Part shown: one piece after another, positions 8,282-16,859 of the stretch
How positions within the stretch are numbered: the stretch's first letter is position 1
How the letters are laid out: each line of letters opens with the position of its first letter
Virus record (IMG/VR): IMGVR_UViG_3300042888_001941
Span: 32,001 to 96,000 of that record
Source of the DNA: a virus
Length of the DNA stretch: 64,000 nt
Strand: one strand, 5' to 3'
Made by a program: the position numbers and the translations under genes
Notes under the pieces: generated by a model
The model's input: the letters and a program-made list of their open reading frames with translations, nothing else
What the model was told of the DNA's origin: nothing
Databases searched by the model: none

Positions 8282-11200
8282 GTGCCCCGCAGTAAAAAGC
8301 GCCGTGGGGGAGAGCACGCAAGTAAAAGTAAGATAAGTAAGCGACTCCTGATTGCAGGAGGCATGGCAGGAGCGTCTATGCTCCTGTCACCTCGTTCTGC
8401 CCAGGCAGAGGAAGTTGTTACTCCGCCTTCTTCCGAACAGACTTCGCAGCAGTCACAACCGCCACAAGGCCAATCACAGCAAAGTTCGCAAGGAACCCAA
8501 CAGCAAACGACATCCAGTCCATCTTCGTCTCCTTCATCTTTAAGTACAACAGATATTACCACGCTCGAGACAAAAGTTGAACAAATCAACGAGGTTCTCG
8601 CTACCGTCACATCTCCCACATCTACTACTGAGGCGGTAGCTCAAAATGCCAACACCCAAGTTGAAGAAGCTGCGCAGGCGGTACAAGATGTATCAACGAC
8701 AGCAGCTGCCGTTACTACTGCTACCACTAATCTATCTAGCGCGACTGCGGCAGCATCTTCTACGACTGCCACGCTTACTCAGGCGCAGTCCGCAGACTCC
8801 ACCGCCCAGGCAGCGGTAACCGCTCAGACTCCTGTTGTTGAAGCCGCGCAAGAAGAAGCGACAGATGCGCAGGCAGCCGCTGATGAAGCGTCTACCTCAT
8901 CTACGATTACTGAAACCTTTACCAATAACCAGCGCACAACTGATATGGCTATCACGGTTAATGGTGTTCCGGTTTCCACGACTCCGACCAGCGGCGTACA
9001 GATTAACTCATACAATAACTCAGGACCTGTCACCGGCGGAACACTGTCCGACCAATGGAGCCCTGGGATTCTTATCAATCCCGTTCAAGATGCAACTTCA
9101 ATGTCCTTTGACTCGTTTGCAAAAAATGGTGACTCTCCTATCACGGTTACCTACACCGATGGAACTACGTCTACCGTTACGTACGCGAACAACGTCAGCC
9201 AGGATAACCCAGGATTCACATCTACGGTAACTATTACCGCCCCTGAAGGAAAAGCAATTGCCTCTATTAAAATCGAGGCAACTAATGATTACCATATTAT
9301 TGACAACATTTCAGCGTCTGTTCAGACAACTGACCCTGCCTTAGCACAAGCAGCAGCTACTGCACAGGCAACACTTACCTCTGCTCAAGCTATTCTTACC
9401 ACGCTACAGGCAGATGCGAATGCAACCGCCCAGCAACTCGCTGACGCTCAAGCGGCGTACACTCTAGCCCAGCAAGGTCTTTCGACCGCTACGTATAACT
9501 TGCAGTCCACTACTATTGCATCACAGGTGGCAGTTGCTGCAGCCCCTGTTGAAACCCGTGAAGCGGTTATTGCTGTTGCTAACGCGCAGGTTGCAGTTTC
9601 CCAAGACGCAGTTACCCAGCTCGCAACTGCAGTCACAAATCTTGCAACAACAAACTCAAACATTGTTGGAACCAATGCGACAGACGCAGCAGTCTCCGAT
9701 GCACAGGACGCTGTTGAAGCAGCGCAGGACGCTATTGATGAAGCAGAAGCAAAGAAGCTCGTGGCGGACACATTACTTACCGCTGCTGGAAATAGCACGG
9801 TTGCCTCTGCCCAGGATAACGTTGAAGACAAGACAGCAGATCTTCTTACCGCCGAGGACGCGGTTGACGCTCAAGAAGTTGTTGTTGAAGATGCACAGGC
9901 TGATAAAGACGCAGCGCAGGCAGTCGTTGATGCAAGCACCACTCCAGGATTACAGGTAACCGTCTACAACGTGCAAGGGCAGAACGCAGCTCCTGTAGTT
10001 ACAGCGAGTACTCCCGTTCTTGCAACGTTTGTTGACACGAACGGAATCGATGAACAGTGGGGTGGAGGACTTGTTGCCAACCCTTCTCGTGTAGATGACG
10101 TTGTTGTTAAGTACGAAGGTGTGTGGACTCCAACCTTCACCGGAACACAGTACATTCATCACGCAGCAGATGACGGAACCCGTCTGTACCTTGATGGTGA
10201 ACTTATATCAGATGCTTGGTACGACAAGGGAGGCGGAGGACCGACTGTTGATATTGAAACTCAGGCAGGAGTATCTCGCCAGTTTGAGTTTTGGTACTAT
10301 GAAAACGGTGGAGGAGCGCACGTAGCTCTTCTCCGTTACACTGATTACGGCTGGCAAGTAATCCCTGGCTCAGAGTTCTCAATATCTAATGCGTCTCAAG
10401 CTGAGAAAGATGCACTAGCGTCTGCAGTTACAACTCTCAACACAGAGACAAACACGTTGTCATCTCTTGAAGCAACTGAGGCTCAAGCTCAGCAAGATCT
10501 TACTTCTGCCCAGGCAACTCTCGTTTTAGCTCAGTCAGCAGAGACTGCGATTACCGAGTATGTTGCGCTCGCGCAAACAGCAATTGATACTACCGTTACC
10601 GCCATCGCCGAGGTGTCCGCTGCGCATTCTGTAATTCAAGCACAGGTTGCTTATGAAGCTCAACCAATTAACGCTCCTTCAAACGTCGTTGTAACTGTTC
10701 TCCCTGAAGGTGACGTTCAAATTACTTGGTCAGCTCCTGAGACTGGACTTGAGCCAGAGCGCTACGCTATTTCCTGGAGTACAGGTGATGCTGGCTGGGG
10801 TGTAGCAACCGGCAACGCGGGTGACGAAAACGCATTGAACACAAGTATTACATTGTCAAAGGATCTTTTCGTATCTACCGGCGGACTTAATAAGGTCTAC
10901 AACTTTACTGTTCGCTCTGATAACGACACAATTGCAAAGTACTCTGAGGCTACAGCAGTTACAGCAGTTACAGTTATTGACTCAGTTGCAGAGGCAGCAA
11001 GAATTCAAGCAGAGCAAAATGCATTAGCTGCGGCAGCAGCAAACGCACTTGCAGAGGCAGCAGCAGCGTCGGCGCAAGCAGCAGCCGCTGCAGCAGAAGC
11101 CGCAGCGCAAGCTGCACAGGCAGAGGCGGCCGCTGCAGAGGCAGCAGCTCAAGCAGCAGAGGCCGAAGCCGCAGCAGCTGAAGCGGAAGCCGCTGCACAA

Positions 11201-12175
11201 GAAGAAGCAAACGCTCAGGCAGAGGCTGAGGCAGCAGCCGCTGAGGCAGAGGCTCAAGCGCAAGCTGAAGCACAGGCGCAAGCAGAAGCAGAGGCTCAGG
11301 CAGCAGAAGAAGCTGCAGCACAGGCAGAGGCCGAAGCTCAAGCACAAGCGGAGGCAGACGCACAAGCGGAGGCTGAAGCTGAAGCAGCAGAGCAAGAAGC
11401 TGAAGAGCAAGCAGCTAAGGACGCAGAGGCAGAGGCTGCTGCAGAAGAAGCCGAAGCCGAAGCCGAAGCCAAGGACCCAGACGCACAAACAGATAACGCT
11501 CTTGAAGACGGAGAGATTTCTGAGAAAGAAGCCGAGAAAGTTGGAGATGCTCTCGCGGCTGACGGAAAAGTTACCGCTAGCGAAATTGAAAACGTTGTTG
11601 AAGCTATCGCAGGAAAAGATGGAGAGTTGTCTAAGGCAGAAATTGCTGCGGTTGCAAACGTTCTTGTTGCTGCGTTTACTCAAGACGGAGGAGCTGTTCC
11701 TGCATCAGCAATTGCGGCAGCTGGAATTGAGTACAAGGATCTCCCACCCGAGACTCCGGTTGAAACTCGCACAGACTCAAGTGGAACTCCAATTGTTATC
11801 ACAGCAGAGACCGCGGCAGACATTGCGCTTGTAACAGATCCTGGAGCTCTTGCAGAGGCATTGTTCTCAGACCCAGGAGCGGCACTCGCTGCGTTTGGAA
11901 GTATTGGCGCGGATATGTCTGAGGAAGAAAGAAAGCAATCACAAGAAGCTGTTGTTGCAACTGTTGTTGCTGCAGGCGCTGCAATTCAAGCAGCTGCAGG
12001 AGCAGTGGCCGCTGCAACATCAACATCCGCTCCTTCTAGCTCTGCGCCTCGTGGCGGAGATGCGGGAGCACCATTAGGAAAAGAAGGCGGAACAGTTAAG
12101 CGCTCTGCCCGTCGCGCTCCTAAGAAGGTAGTTAAGAAAGCTAATAGAATACGACCAACAAGGAGACCTAAATAA
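8282..12175 (+). CDS. large secreted/surface protein with PA14-like and Fn3-like domains and Ala/Glu-rich stalk
   Basis: Signal peptide ending AQA; PA14 pattern 'YEGVWTP..ADDGTRLYLDGELI..FWYYENGGGA'; Fn3 'APSNVVV..VQITWSAP'; EAEAQAQA repeats; basic C-terminal tail. Confidence 0.8.
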   Translation: MPRSKKRRGGEHASKSKISKRLLIAGGMAGASMLLSPRSAQAEEVVTPPSSEQTSQQSQPPQGQSQQSSQGTQQQTTSSPSSSPSSLSTTDITTLETKVEQINEVLATVTSPTSTTEAVAQNANTQVEEAAQAVQDVSTTAAAVTTATTNLSSATAAASSTTATLTQAQSADSTAQAAVTAQTPVVEAAQEEATDAQAAADEASTSSTITETFTNNQRTTDMAITVNGVPVSTTPTSGVQINSYNNSGPVTGGTLSDQWSPGILINPVQDATSMSFDSFAKNGDSPITVTYTDGTTSTVTYANNVSQDNPGFTSTVTITAPEGKAIASIKIEATNDYHIIDNISASVQTTDPALAQAAATAQATLTSAQAILTTLQADANATAQQLADAQAAYTLAQQGLSTATYNLQSTTIASQVAVAAAPVETREAVIAVANAQVAVSQDAVTQLATAVTNLATTNSNIVGTNATDAAVSDAQDAVEAAQDAIDEAEAKKLVADTLLTAAGNSTVASAQDNVEDKTADLLTAEDAVDAQEVVVEDAQADKDAAQAVVDASTTPGLQVTVYNVQGQNAAPVVTASTPVLATFVDTNGIDEQWGGGLVANPSRVDDVVVKYEGVWTPTFTGTQYIHHAADDGTRLYLDGELISDAWYDKGGGGPTVDIETQAGVSRQFEFWYYENGGGAHVALLRYTDYGWQVIPGSEFSISNASQAEKDALASAVTTLNTETNTLSSLEATEAQAQQDLTSAQATLVLAQSAETAITEYVALAQTAIDTTVTAIAEVSAAHSVIQAQVAYEAQPINAPSNVVVTVLPEGDVQITWSAPETGLEPERYAISWSTGDAGWGVATGNAGDENALNTSITLSKDLFVSTGGLNKVYNFTVRSDNDTIAKYSEATAVTAVTVIDSVAEAARIQAEQNALAAAAANALAEAAAASAQAAAAAAEAAAQAAQAEAAAAEAAAQAAEAEAAAAEAEAAAQEEANAQAEAEAAAAEAEAQAQAEAQAQAEAEAQAAEEAAAQAEAEAQAQAEADAQAEAEAEAAEQEAEEQAAKDAEAEAAAEEAEAEAEAKDPDAQTDNALEDGEISEKEAEKVGDALAADGKVTASEIENVVEAIAGKDGELSKAEIAAVANVLVAAFTQDGGAVPASAIAAAGIEYKDLPPETPVETRTDSSGTPIVITAETAADIALVTDPGALAEALFSDPGAALAAFGSIGADMSEEERKQSQEAVVATVVAAGAAIQAAAGAVAAATSTSAPSSSAPRGGDAGAPLGKEGGTVKRSARRAPKKVVKKANRIRPTRRPK

Positions 12176-12360
12176 TGAAAGACTTCATAAGAGATCTTGC
12201 AGACCAGCAATGGACTCTACTTGGCATGTTCGTAGCATGGCTTGTTCTCGATGGATCTGCACGCACCATCGTAGGTTACGCAATTGTGTTTACTACTATC
12301 ATGTGGTCACTTACCTACCGTCTCCGTAATCCTAAGGAAGACGAAGAAGACGCCGAGTAG
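12175..12360 (+). CDS. small membrane protein
   Basis: Two hydrophobic segments; translationally coupled to the upstream gene. Confidence 0.7.
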   Translation: MKDFIRDLADQQWTLLGMFVAWLVLDGSARTIVGYAIVFTTIMWSLTYRLRNPKEDEEDAE

Positions 12361-12381
12361 TACTTAGGATAGAATCTTCCT

Positions 12382-12969
12382 ATGCCAATCCTAGGAACCA
12401 TAGCCTCGCAGGTTCCTGCTAACTTACCTACTACATCTTTCTTTTCTATAGCTACATCTACTGTTAGCTCAGGCGGAACAAGCGCTATTAGTTTTAGTTC
12501 TATCCCTAGCACGTATAAGCATCTTCAGGTGAGAGCTTTTGCTAGAGGAACTGCTACTGGAAATGCGGACTATAGAGAATCTTTAAGAATGAGAGTGAAT
12601 GGTGACACTGGAAGCAATTACACTCTCCATCGTCTCTGGGGCGACGGCGTAGTTGTTTCGGGCGTGAACGTTACAGGCAGAACAGAGTTTGAAACTGCTG
12701 GAATGATTCAAGACGGAGATGGTCTAGCAAATGCGTTTGGTTACGCCGTTGTCGAGATACTAGACTATGCTAACACTAATAAATATAAAACATTCAGATC
12801 TCTTACCGGGTTTGACAATAATACGACTGGAACAAGTCAAAAGCAAGGCGGCGTACTTTTAACCTCCTGTGTGTGGATGAACACCAACGCTATCTCTTCA
12901 ATAACGATGTACTGCTCAGCAAATGTTGCTCAATACAGCCACTTTGCACTTTATGGAGTTAAAGGATAA
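12382..12969 (+). CDS. virion fibre tip protein, type A of the A-B-C cassette
   Basis: MPILG N-terminus; 'YKHLQVR..ILDYANTNKYKT..YSHFALYGVK'; leaderless after TAGAAT. Confidence 0.7.
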   Translation: MPILGTIASQVPANLPTTSFFSIATSTVSSGGTSAISFSSIPSTYKHLQVRAFARGTATGNADYRESLRMRVNGDTGSNYTLHRLWGDGVVVSGVNVTGRTEFETAGMIQDGDGLANAFGYAVVEILDYANTNKYKTFRSLTGFDNNTTGTSQKQGGVLLTSCVWMNTNAISSITMYCSANVAQYSHFALYGVKG

Positions 12970-12971
12970 TT

Positions 12972-13520
12972 ATGGCTGCAGGACCTACGTATTCTCCCAT
13001 TGCGACATCTACTGTTTCAAGTGGAACTCCGTATTCTTACACTTTTTCTAACATACCACAGACTTACACTGATTTAGTTCTTACTGCTAGGTTTGCCGGG
13101 CAGTATCCTTCAAACGATAGAAGTCAACTAACTTTTCAAGTAGGAAATGGATCTGTAGACACAGGTGCAAACTACTCTCTTACTCTTATGACTGGTAATG
13201 GTTCATCTGCAACTACTGGAAGAGACACTAATGTTTCTCAACTTTCATTCGCAACATTTCCATTAGGTCCGTCTTCTAGCTTGCAGCAGAACAGTTTAAT
13301 TACTTATTTTCCAAACTATGCAAACACAACAACTTTTAAGAATTTACTCTCTAGAGGCACTCAAATGAACTCTAGTAACAACACTCCAATGACGACTGCT
13401 TACGTTGGTCTATGGCGTTCAACTGCTGCAATCAACACTATAAAGATTAAAGACTACTCTGAACTGTATTATTTTTATCCAGGCACAACATTCACTTTAT
13501 ATGGAATTGCTGCTGCGTAG
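12972..13520 (+). CDS. virion fibre tip protein, type B
   Basis: 'TYSPIAT..IPQTYTDLVL..NYANTTTFK..GTTFTLYGI'. Confidence 0.7.
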   Translation: MAAGPTYSPIATSTVSSGTPYSYTFSNIPQTYTDLVLTARFAGQYPSNDRSQLTFQVGNGSVDTGANYSLTLMTGNGSSATTGRDTNVSQLSFATFPLGPSSSLQQNSLITYFPNYANTTTFKNLLSRGTQMNSSNNTPMTTAYVGLWRSTAAINTIKIKDYSELYYFYPGTTFTLYGIAAA

Positions 13521-13529
13521 GGAGAGATC

Positions 13530-14066
13530 ATGCCAAATACATTTACCCTTATCGCCTCCAGTGAAGTTGGTCCAAGCGGAGCTTCTAGTATTGACTTTAC
13601 TAATATTCCACAAACGTATACCGATCTTCTTATAGAGGTATCAGGTCGTACTACTAACTGGGGATACAGTTACAATAACCTGTATTTATCCATTAACGCG
13701 ACTCCTTCCGGCAGCAGTTACTCAAATCGTATTCTTTACTCAGTAGGCAGCACAACTGGTTCGTTTAGTCAGAGTGGCACCTCTCAATTTTTAATTGGAG
13801 CAACGCCTAGCACGGCAGGAACAGCTAACACTTTTTCTAACGTGATGTGCTATTTAGAAAATTACACTAGTTCTTCTACTAATAAAACAGCGTCATCTGA
13901 CGGAGCGTCTCCCCGTAACTCTTCTACTAACGGAGACACATTCTTAAACTTGTCTGCTGGTTTATGGGGATCTAACACTGCCGTTACTTCACTTTATTTA
14001 ACAAGTGACCAGTCAACATTTGTTCAATATTCAACAGCCTACCTCTACGGTATCAAGAACTCCTAA
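13530..14066 (+). CDS. virion fibre tip protein, type C
   Basis: 'IPQTYTDLLIEVSGR..TANTFSN..NYTSS..YSTAYLYGI'. Confidence 0.7.
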   Translation: MPNTFTLIASSEVGPSGASSIDFTNIPQTYTDLLIEVSGRTTNWGYSYNNLYLSINATPSGSSYSNRILYSVGSTTGSFSQSGTSQFLIGATPSTAGTANTFSNVMCYLENYTSSSTNKTASSDGASPRNSSTNGDTFLNLSAGLWGSNTAVTSLYLTSDQSTFVQYSTAYLYGIKNS

Positions 14067-14158
14067 CCTTCCTGTAAGGAAGATCCGCCTAACCAATTGT
14101 TATAATTCGCTTCCACGTGTAATAATAGAACTTGCTATTACACGTAAGGGAGAGAACG

Positions 14159-14467
14159 ATGAAAAGACTTGTTGTCTATATTGTTAATGTAGATGAAGAT
14201 ATAGCAGAGAAAGCGTTGTTAAGCGCTATTGATTCTCTAGCTCCACTTAACCTTGTCAAGGTATCTCCCAAGAGTGTAGAGGTAGAACCTCATGATGATT
14301 ACCGTGGCATTGTTGCCAAGTTCGAGTATGACTTCATTGCGGCTGAAGCAAATGAAAATAGAAACGCGTCCAAAGGTCTCCAGGATCTTATCCAGTCCCT
14401 AATTAAGGCGCAGCTATGGAAAATCCCTAGCGTACGAGTTATTATTGAATCTGGAGTACAGAATTGA
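14159..14467 (+). CDS. hypothetical protein (start ATG 14159)
   Basis: GGGAGAG SD and TAATAAT/TAGAA upstream. Confidence 0.6.
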   Translation: MKRLVVYIVNVDEDIAEKALLSAIDSLAPLNLVKVSPKSVEVEPHDDYRGIVAKFEYDFIAAEANENRNASKGLQDLIQSLIKAQLWKIPSVRVIIESGVQN

Positions 14468-14931
14468 AAAAAGATGAATTGACAGAGAAGTACGCTCAAA
14501 AAATAGAGCCAATCCTTCCACTTGCTAAACGAGCGTATGGTCTTCGCGGACAAGCAACTCCTGAGCATAAGGCAAGCGAGAAGTATACAGCACTATTGAA
14601 AGAGTATTACTCCAAGGGTGGATCTCTTGTTGCGCTTGCAGAGAAGTTAGGTGTTGCCTATTCAGGTATGCGCCGTCGTATCTTTGCATCTTCAACACCT
14701 CCCGCCCCGCGTAAACCACGTTCGCAGTCTACCGAGGAGTCCACTGAAAAGACGCTCACAAGGGTTCTAAAGGCCAAAGAGACTTCAACCGAGCGTTACC
14801 ACGAGGAACTATACAAAGCCTACCACAGCGGCGTCTCCCTTGCGGTGATAGCAAAGGGTTTATCCCTTAGCTCATCTGCTCCTCTTTACTACGCGGTGCA
14901 GCGTCATACTGCTCGTTTAAGCGAAGAGTAA
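14464..14931 (+). CDS. tandem HTH-like DNA-binding protein
   Basis: Two repeats 'YSKGGSLVALAEKLGVAYSGMRRR' and 'YHSGVSLAVIAKGLSLSS'. Confidence 0.65.
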   Translation: MKKDELTEKYAQKIEPILPLAKRAYGLRGQATPEHKASEKYTALLKEYYSKGGSLVALAEKLGVAYSGMRRRIFASSTPPAPRKPRSQSTEESTEKTLTRVLKAKETSTERYHEELYKAYHSGVSLAVIAKGLSLSSSAPLYYAVQRHTARLSEE

Positions 14932-15050
14932 CGTGAGAAAACTTTTAGCCGCGCCTTTTTGGTTTATTCACGATAAGGCTGACTGGTTTAATCGAGTAGG
15001 GTGTTATATTGCTTTGGGTAAAAACTGGCGAACACGCTGGGATAACTAGC

Positions 15051-15263
15051 ATGAGAAGCAAATGGTCACCTAAGACAAAGCGTCCTCACGTATGCAGGAA
15101 ACCTAGTTACCTAAGTGTTCTCCTTCATGGCGGTCTCGCTCTAGGTCTTGATCTTCGAACTTCTCGTATCTGGACCTGCGGTGACTGTAACAAGTCCTAT
15201 CGCCCATACTGGGCGCAACTTTCTGGAAATGACTATGTATGGAAGGAAGTACCCACCTCGTGA
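15051..15263 (+). CDS. small hypothetical protein with CxxC
   Basis: 'HVCRKP..IWTCGDC'; stop overlaps next start. Confidence 0.55.
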   Translation: MRSKWSPKTKRPHVCRKPSYLSVLLHGGLALGLDLRTSRIWTCGDCNKSYRPYWAQLSGNDYVWKEVPTS

Positions 15264-15487
15264 TGTGGTCCTGGATTCTTGCGGCAATAGGTGTAACTGG
15301 AATATACTTCGTTGGTCGCAAGACTATCTGGGGTTGGCTTATTCTTCTCGTAAACGAGTGCGTGTGGATTGCATACGCGCTTGCTACCAAGCAGTACGGG
15401 TTTATCTTTATGGCAACCGCTTACGCGGCCGTCTACGTTAAGTCCTACATGCTCTGGCACAAGGAAAACAATGAACAAAACGCGTAA
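15263..15487 (+). CDS. small PnuC-like membrane protein
   Basis: 'WSWILAAIGVTGIYFVGRKTIWGWL..WIAYA..QYGF'. Confidence 0.6.
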   Translation: MWSWILAAIGVTGIYFVGRKTIWGWLILLVNECVWIAYALATKQYGFIFMATAYAAVYVKSYMLWHKENNEQNA

Positions 15488-15635
15488 GCTCTTTAGCGTA
15501 GAAACAGGTGCAGGAACCTCGGATAGCTGGGGCTTCTCCTTTCTCTTCTGCGCTTATGACAAATCCCTTGCGGTGACGATTTTGCACTGGTACGCCTACA
15601 TCTCTATCTGGCCAGAGAAGGTAGATGAGAAGTAG
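15471..15635 (+). CDS. small hypothetical protein
   Basis: MNKTRK start overlapping previous gene. Confidence 0.45.
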   Translation: MNKTRKLFSVETGAGTSDSWGFSFLFCAYDKSLAVTILHWYAYISIWPEKVDEK

Positions 15636-15771
15636 ATAATATAGAATAACTAAGTTCCCGCGATGATGAGACACGTGTCCGCGGGTGCGCGCGATTCCTA
15701 CCACCACACCGGAAATCGCCGCGCGCGACCTGAGTAAGTCGTTAAACTGCTCACTAGTTTATAGTCCGCTC

Positions 15772-15990
15772 ATGGCAATGATGTTTGGTGATATTACCCC
15801 AACAACTAAGGATGATGTTTGCGCCATATGCAGCTTCCGCGCTGCGGTTAAGGTTCATTTTAAGCAAGGAAATCTTGTCACGTTTTGTGACCTACACGCG
15901 TTTGTTAACAGCGAGATAATATGGAAAAACGCCCAGGCAGTCTATGACCGCGTGGACGTTTTACCTCCTAGAGAAGAACTAGATAACTAG
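15772..15990 (+). CDS. small Zn-finger-like protein
   Basis: CAIC...FCDLH; TATAGT just before ATG. Confidence 0.55.
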   Translation: MAMMFGDITPTTKDDVCAICSFRAAVKVHFKQGNLVTFCDLHAFVNSEIIWKNAQAVYDRVDVLPPREELDN

Positions 15991-16215
15991 TGTTGCTGCT
16001 TCTTCCTCAGTTAAAGGTGTTCCTGCAACAAGCTTAGCCTTTGCAGATTCCTTAAGTGCTGCGAGCTCAGCAGCAGCCTCAGCACGTGCTTCTGCTTCTG
16101 CAAGTGCAGCAGCAGCGTCCTGGTCGCGCTGAGCAATCTCAGCTGATGTAAGAGGAATGATTTGCTGTTCGCCTGTTGAGCAATCAACAACAATCTTTGT
16201 TGGTGTGTCTGACAT
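15979..16215 (-). CDS. small fibre-associated (chaperone-like) protein
   Basis: 'VDCSTGEQQIIPLT..EIAQ..KAKL..LTEEEA'; paralogue of 36721-36936. Confidence 0.7.
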   Translation of the reverse strand: MSDTPTKIVVDCSTGEQQIIPLTSAEIAQRDQDAAAALAEAEARAEAAAELAALKESAKAKLVAGTPLTEEEAATLVI

Positions 16216-16556
16216 TATTCAGTTACCTCGATCCATGATGTTGTGTCTTCATCCCAGGTGTACATCTTGTCATCTTCTGGGCGAGCAACTGGAGCGTCCC
16301 AGTTGCATGTGTCTTCATTCAATACCCAAGACGCATATGGCTTAGGTGGAATGAAAGCATCACGCACGGAGTCGAATGTGTATCCAATTCCTGCGTAGTT
16401 CTTACGGATATTAGCATTGTAAGATGTTTGTACCCAGGTGCCACCAAGACCGAGGTCGTCGGCTAGGTATTCCTGCCCGCGGTTTTCTTGTGCGTCTGGG
16501 ACGACAAGAACACGGGTTACGATGCTGTCTGCATCAATCTCTGCAAAGTGTGCCAT
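16215..16556 (-). CDS. small protein associated with glycine-rich fibre genes
   Basis: 'MAHFAE..QTSYN..RKNYAGIGYTFD..DAFIPPKPYASW'; paralogue of 57137-57505. Confidence 0.75.
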   Translation of the reverse strand: MAHFAEIDADSIVTRVLVVPDAQENRGQEYLADDLGLGGTWVQTSYNANIRKNYAGIGYTFDSVRDAFIPPKPYASWVLNEDTCNWDAPVARPEDDKMYTWDEDTTSWIEVTE

Positions 16557-16631
16557 CGTTATAGATCTCCTTGGTTTACGACGTTAGGCTAATAATATCA
16601 CTTATCATTTGCGGTGATACCAGTGATTTTC

Positions 16632-16835
16632 TTACTTTGGATCTAGGTTACCTTCCCCATAGACCACATCGGCGTTAAGAAGCTTCACATCACGCTTGGT
16701 GACGATTCCGCCCTTTTCGTCTAACTGCTTACGCGCGGTGTCCGCGTCGTCCGCAATAATATGGATAAGCATAGTGACCTCATAGCTGAAGCACTGCGTT
16801 ACCTTTTTGTCCTTGATAGGTGTTACCTTTGCCAT
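16632..16835 (-). CDS. hypothetical protein
   Basis: GGGAGAG SD; in the same leftward operon. Confidence 0.65.
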   Translation of the reverse strand: MAKVTPIKDKKVTQCFSYEVTMLIHIIADDADTARKQLDEKGGIVTKRDVKLLNADVVYGEGNLDPK

Positions 16836-16859
16836 GTCTCTCCCTTGTTAATAGGCATA

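Noticed and set aside
10974-11834. Long overlapping Gln/Lys/Arg-rich and Cys/Leu-rich ORFs
   Set aside because: Alternate frames of the EAEAQAQA low-complexity repeat
8282-12175. Tape measure protein
   Set aside because: Signal peptide, PA14/Fn3 domains and lack of tail-assembly neighbours point to a surface protein
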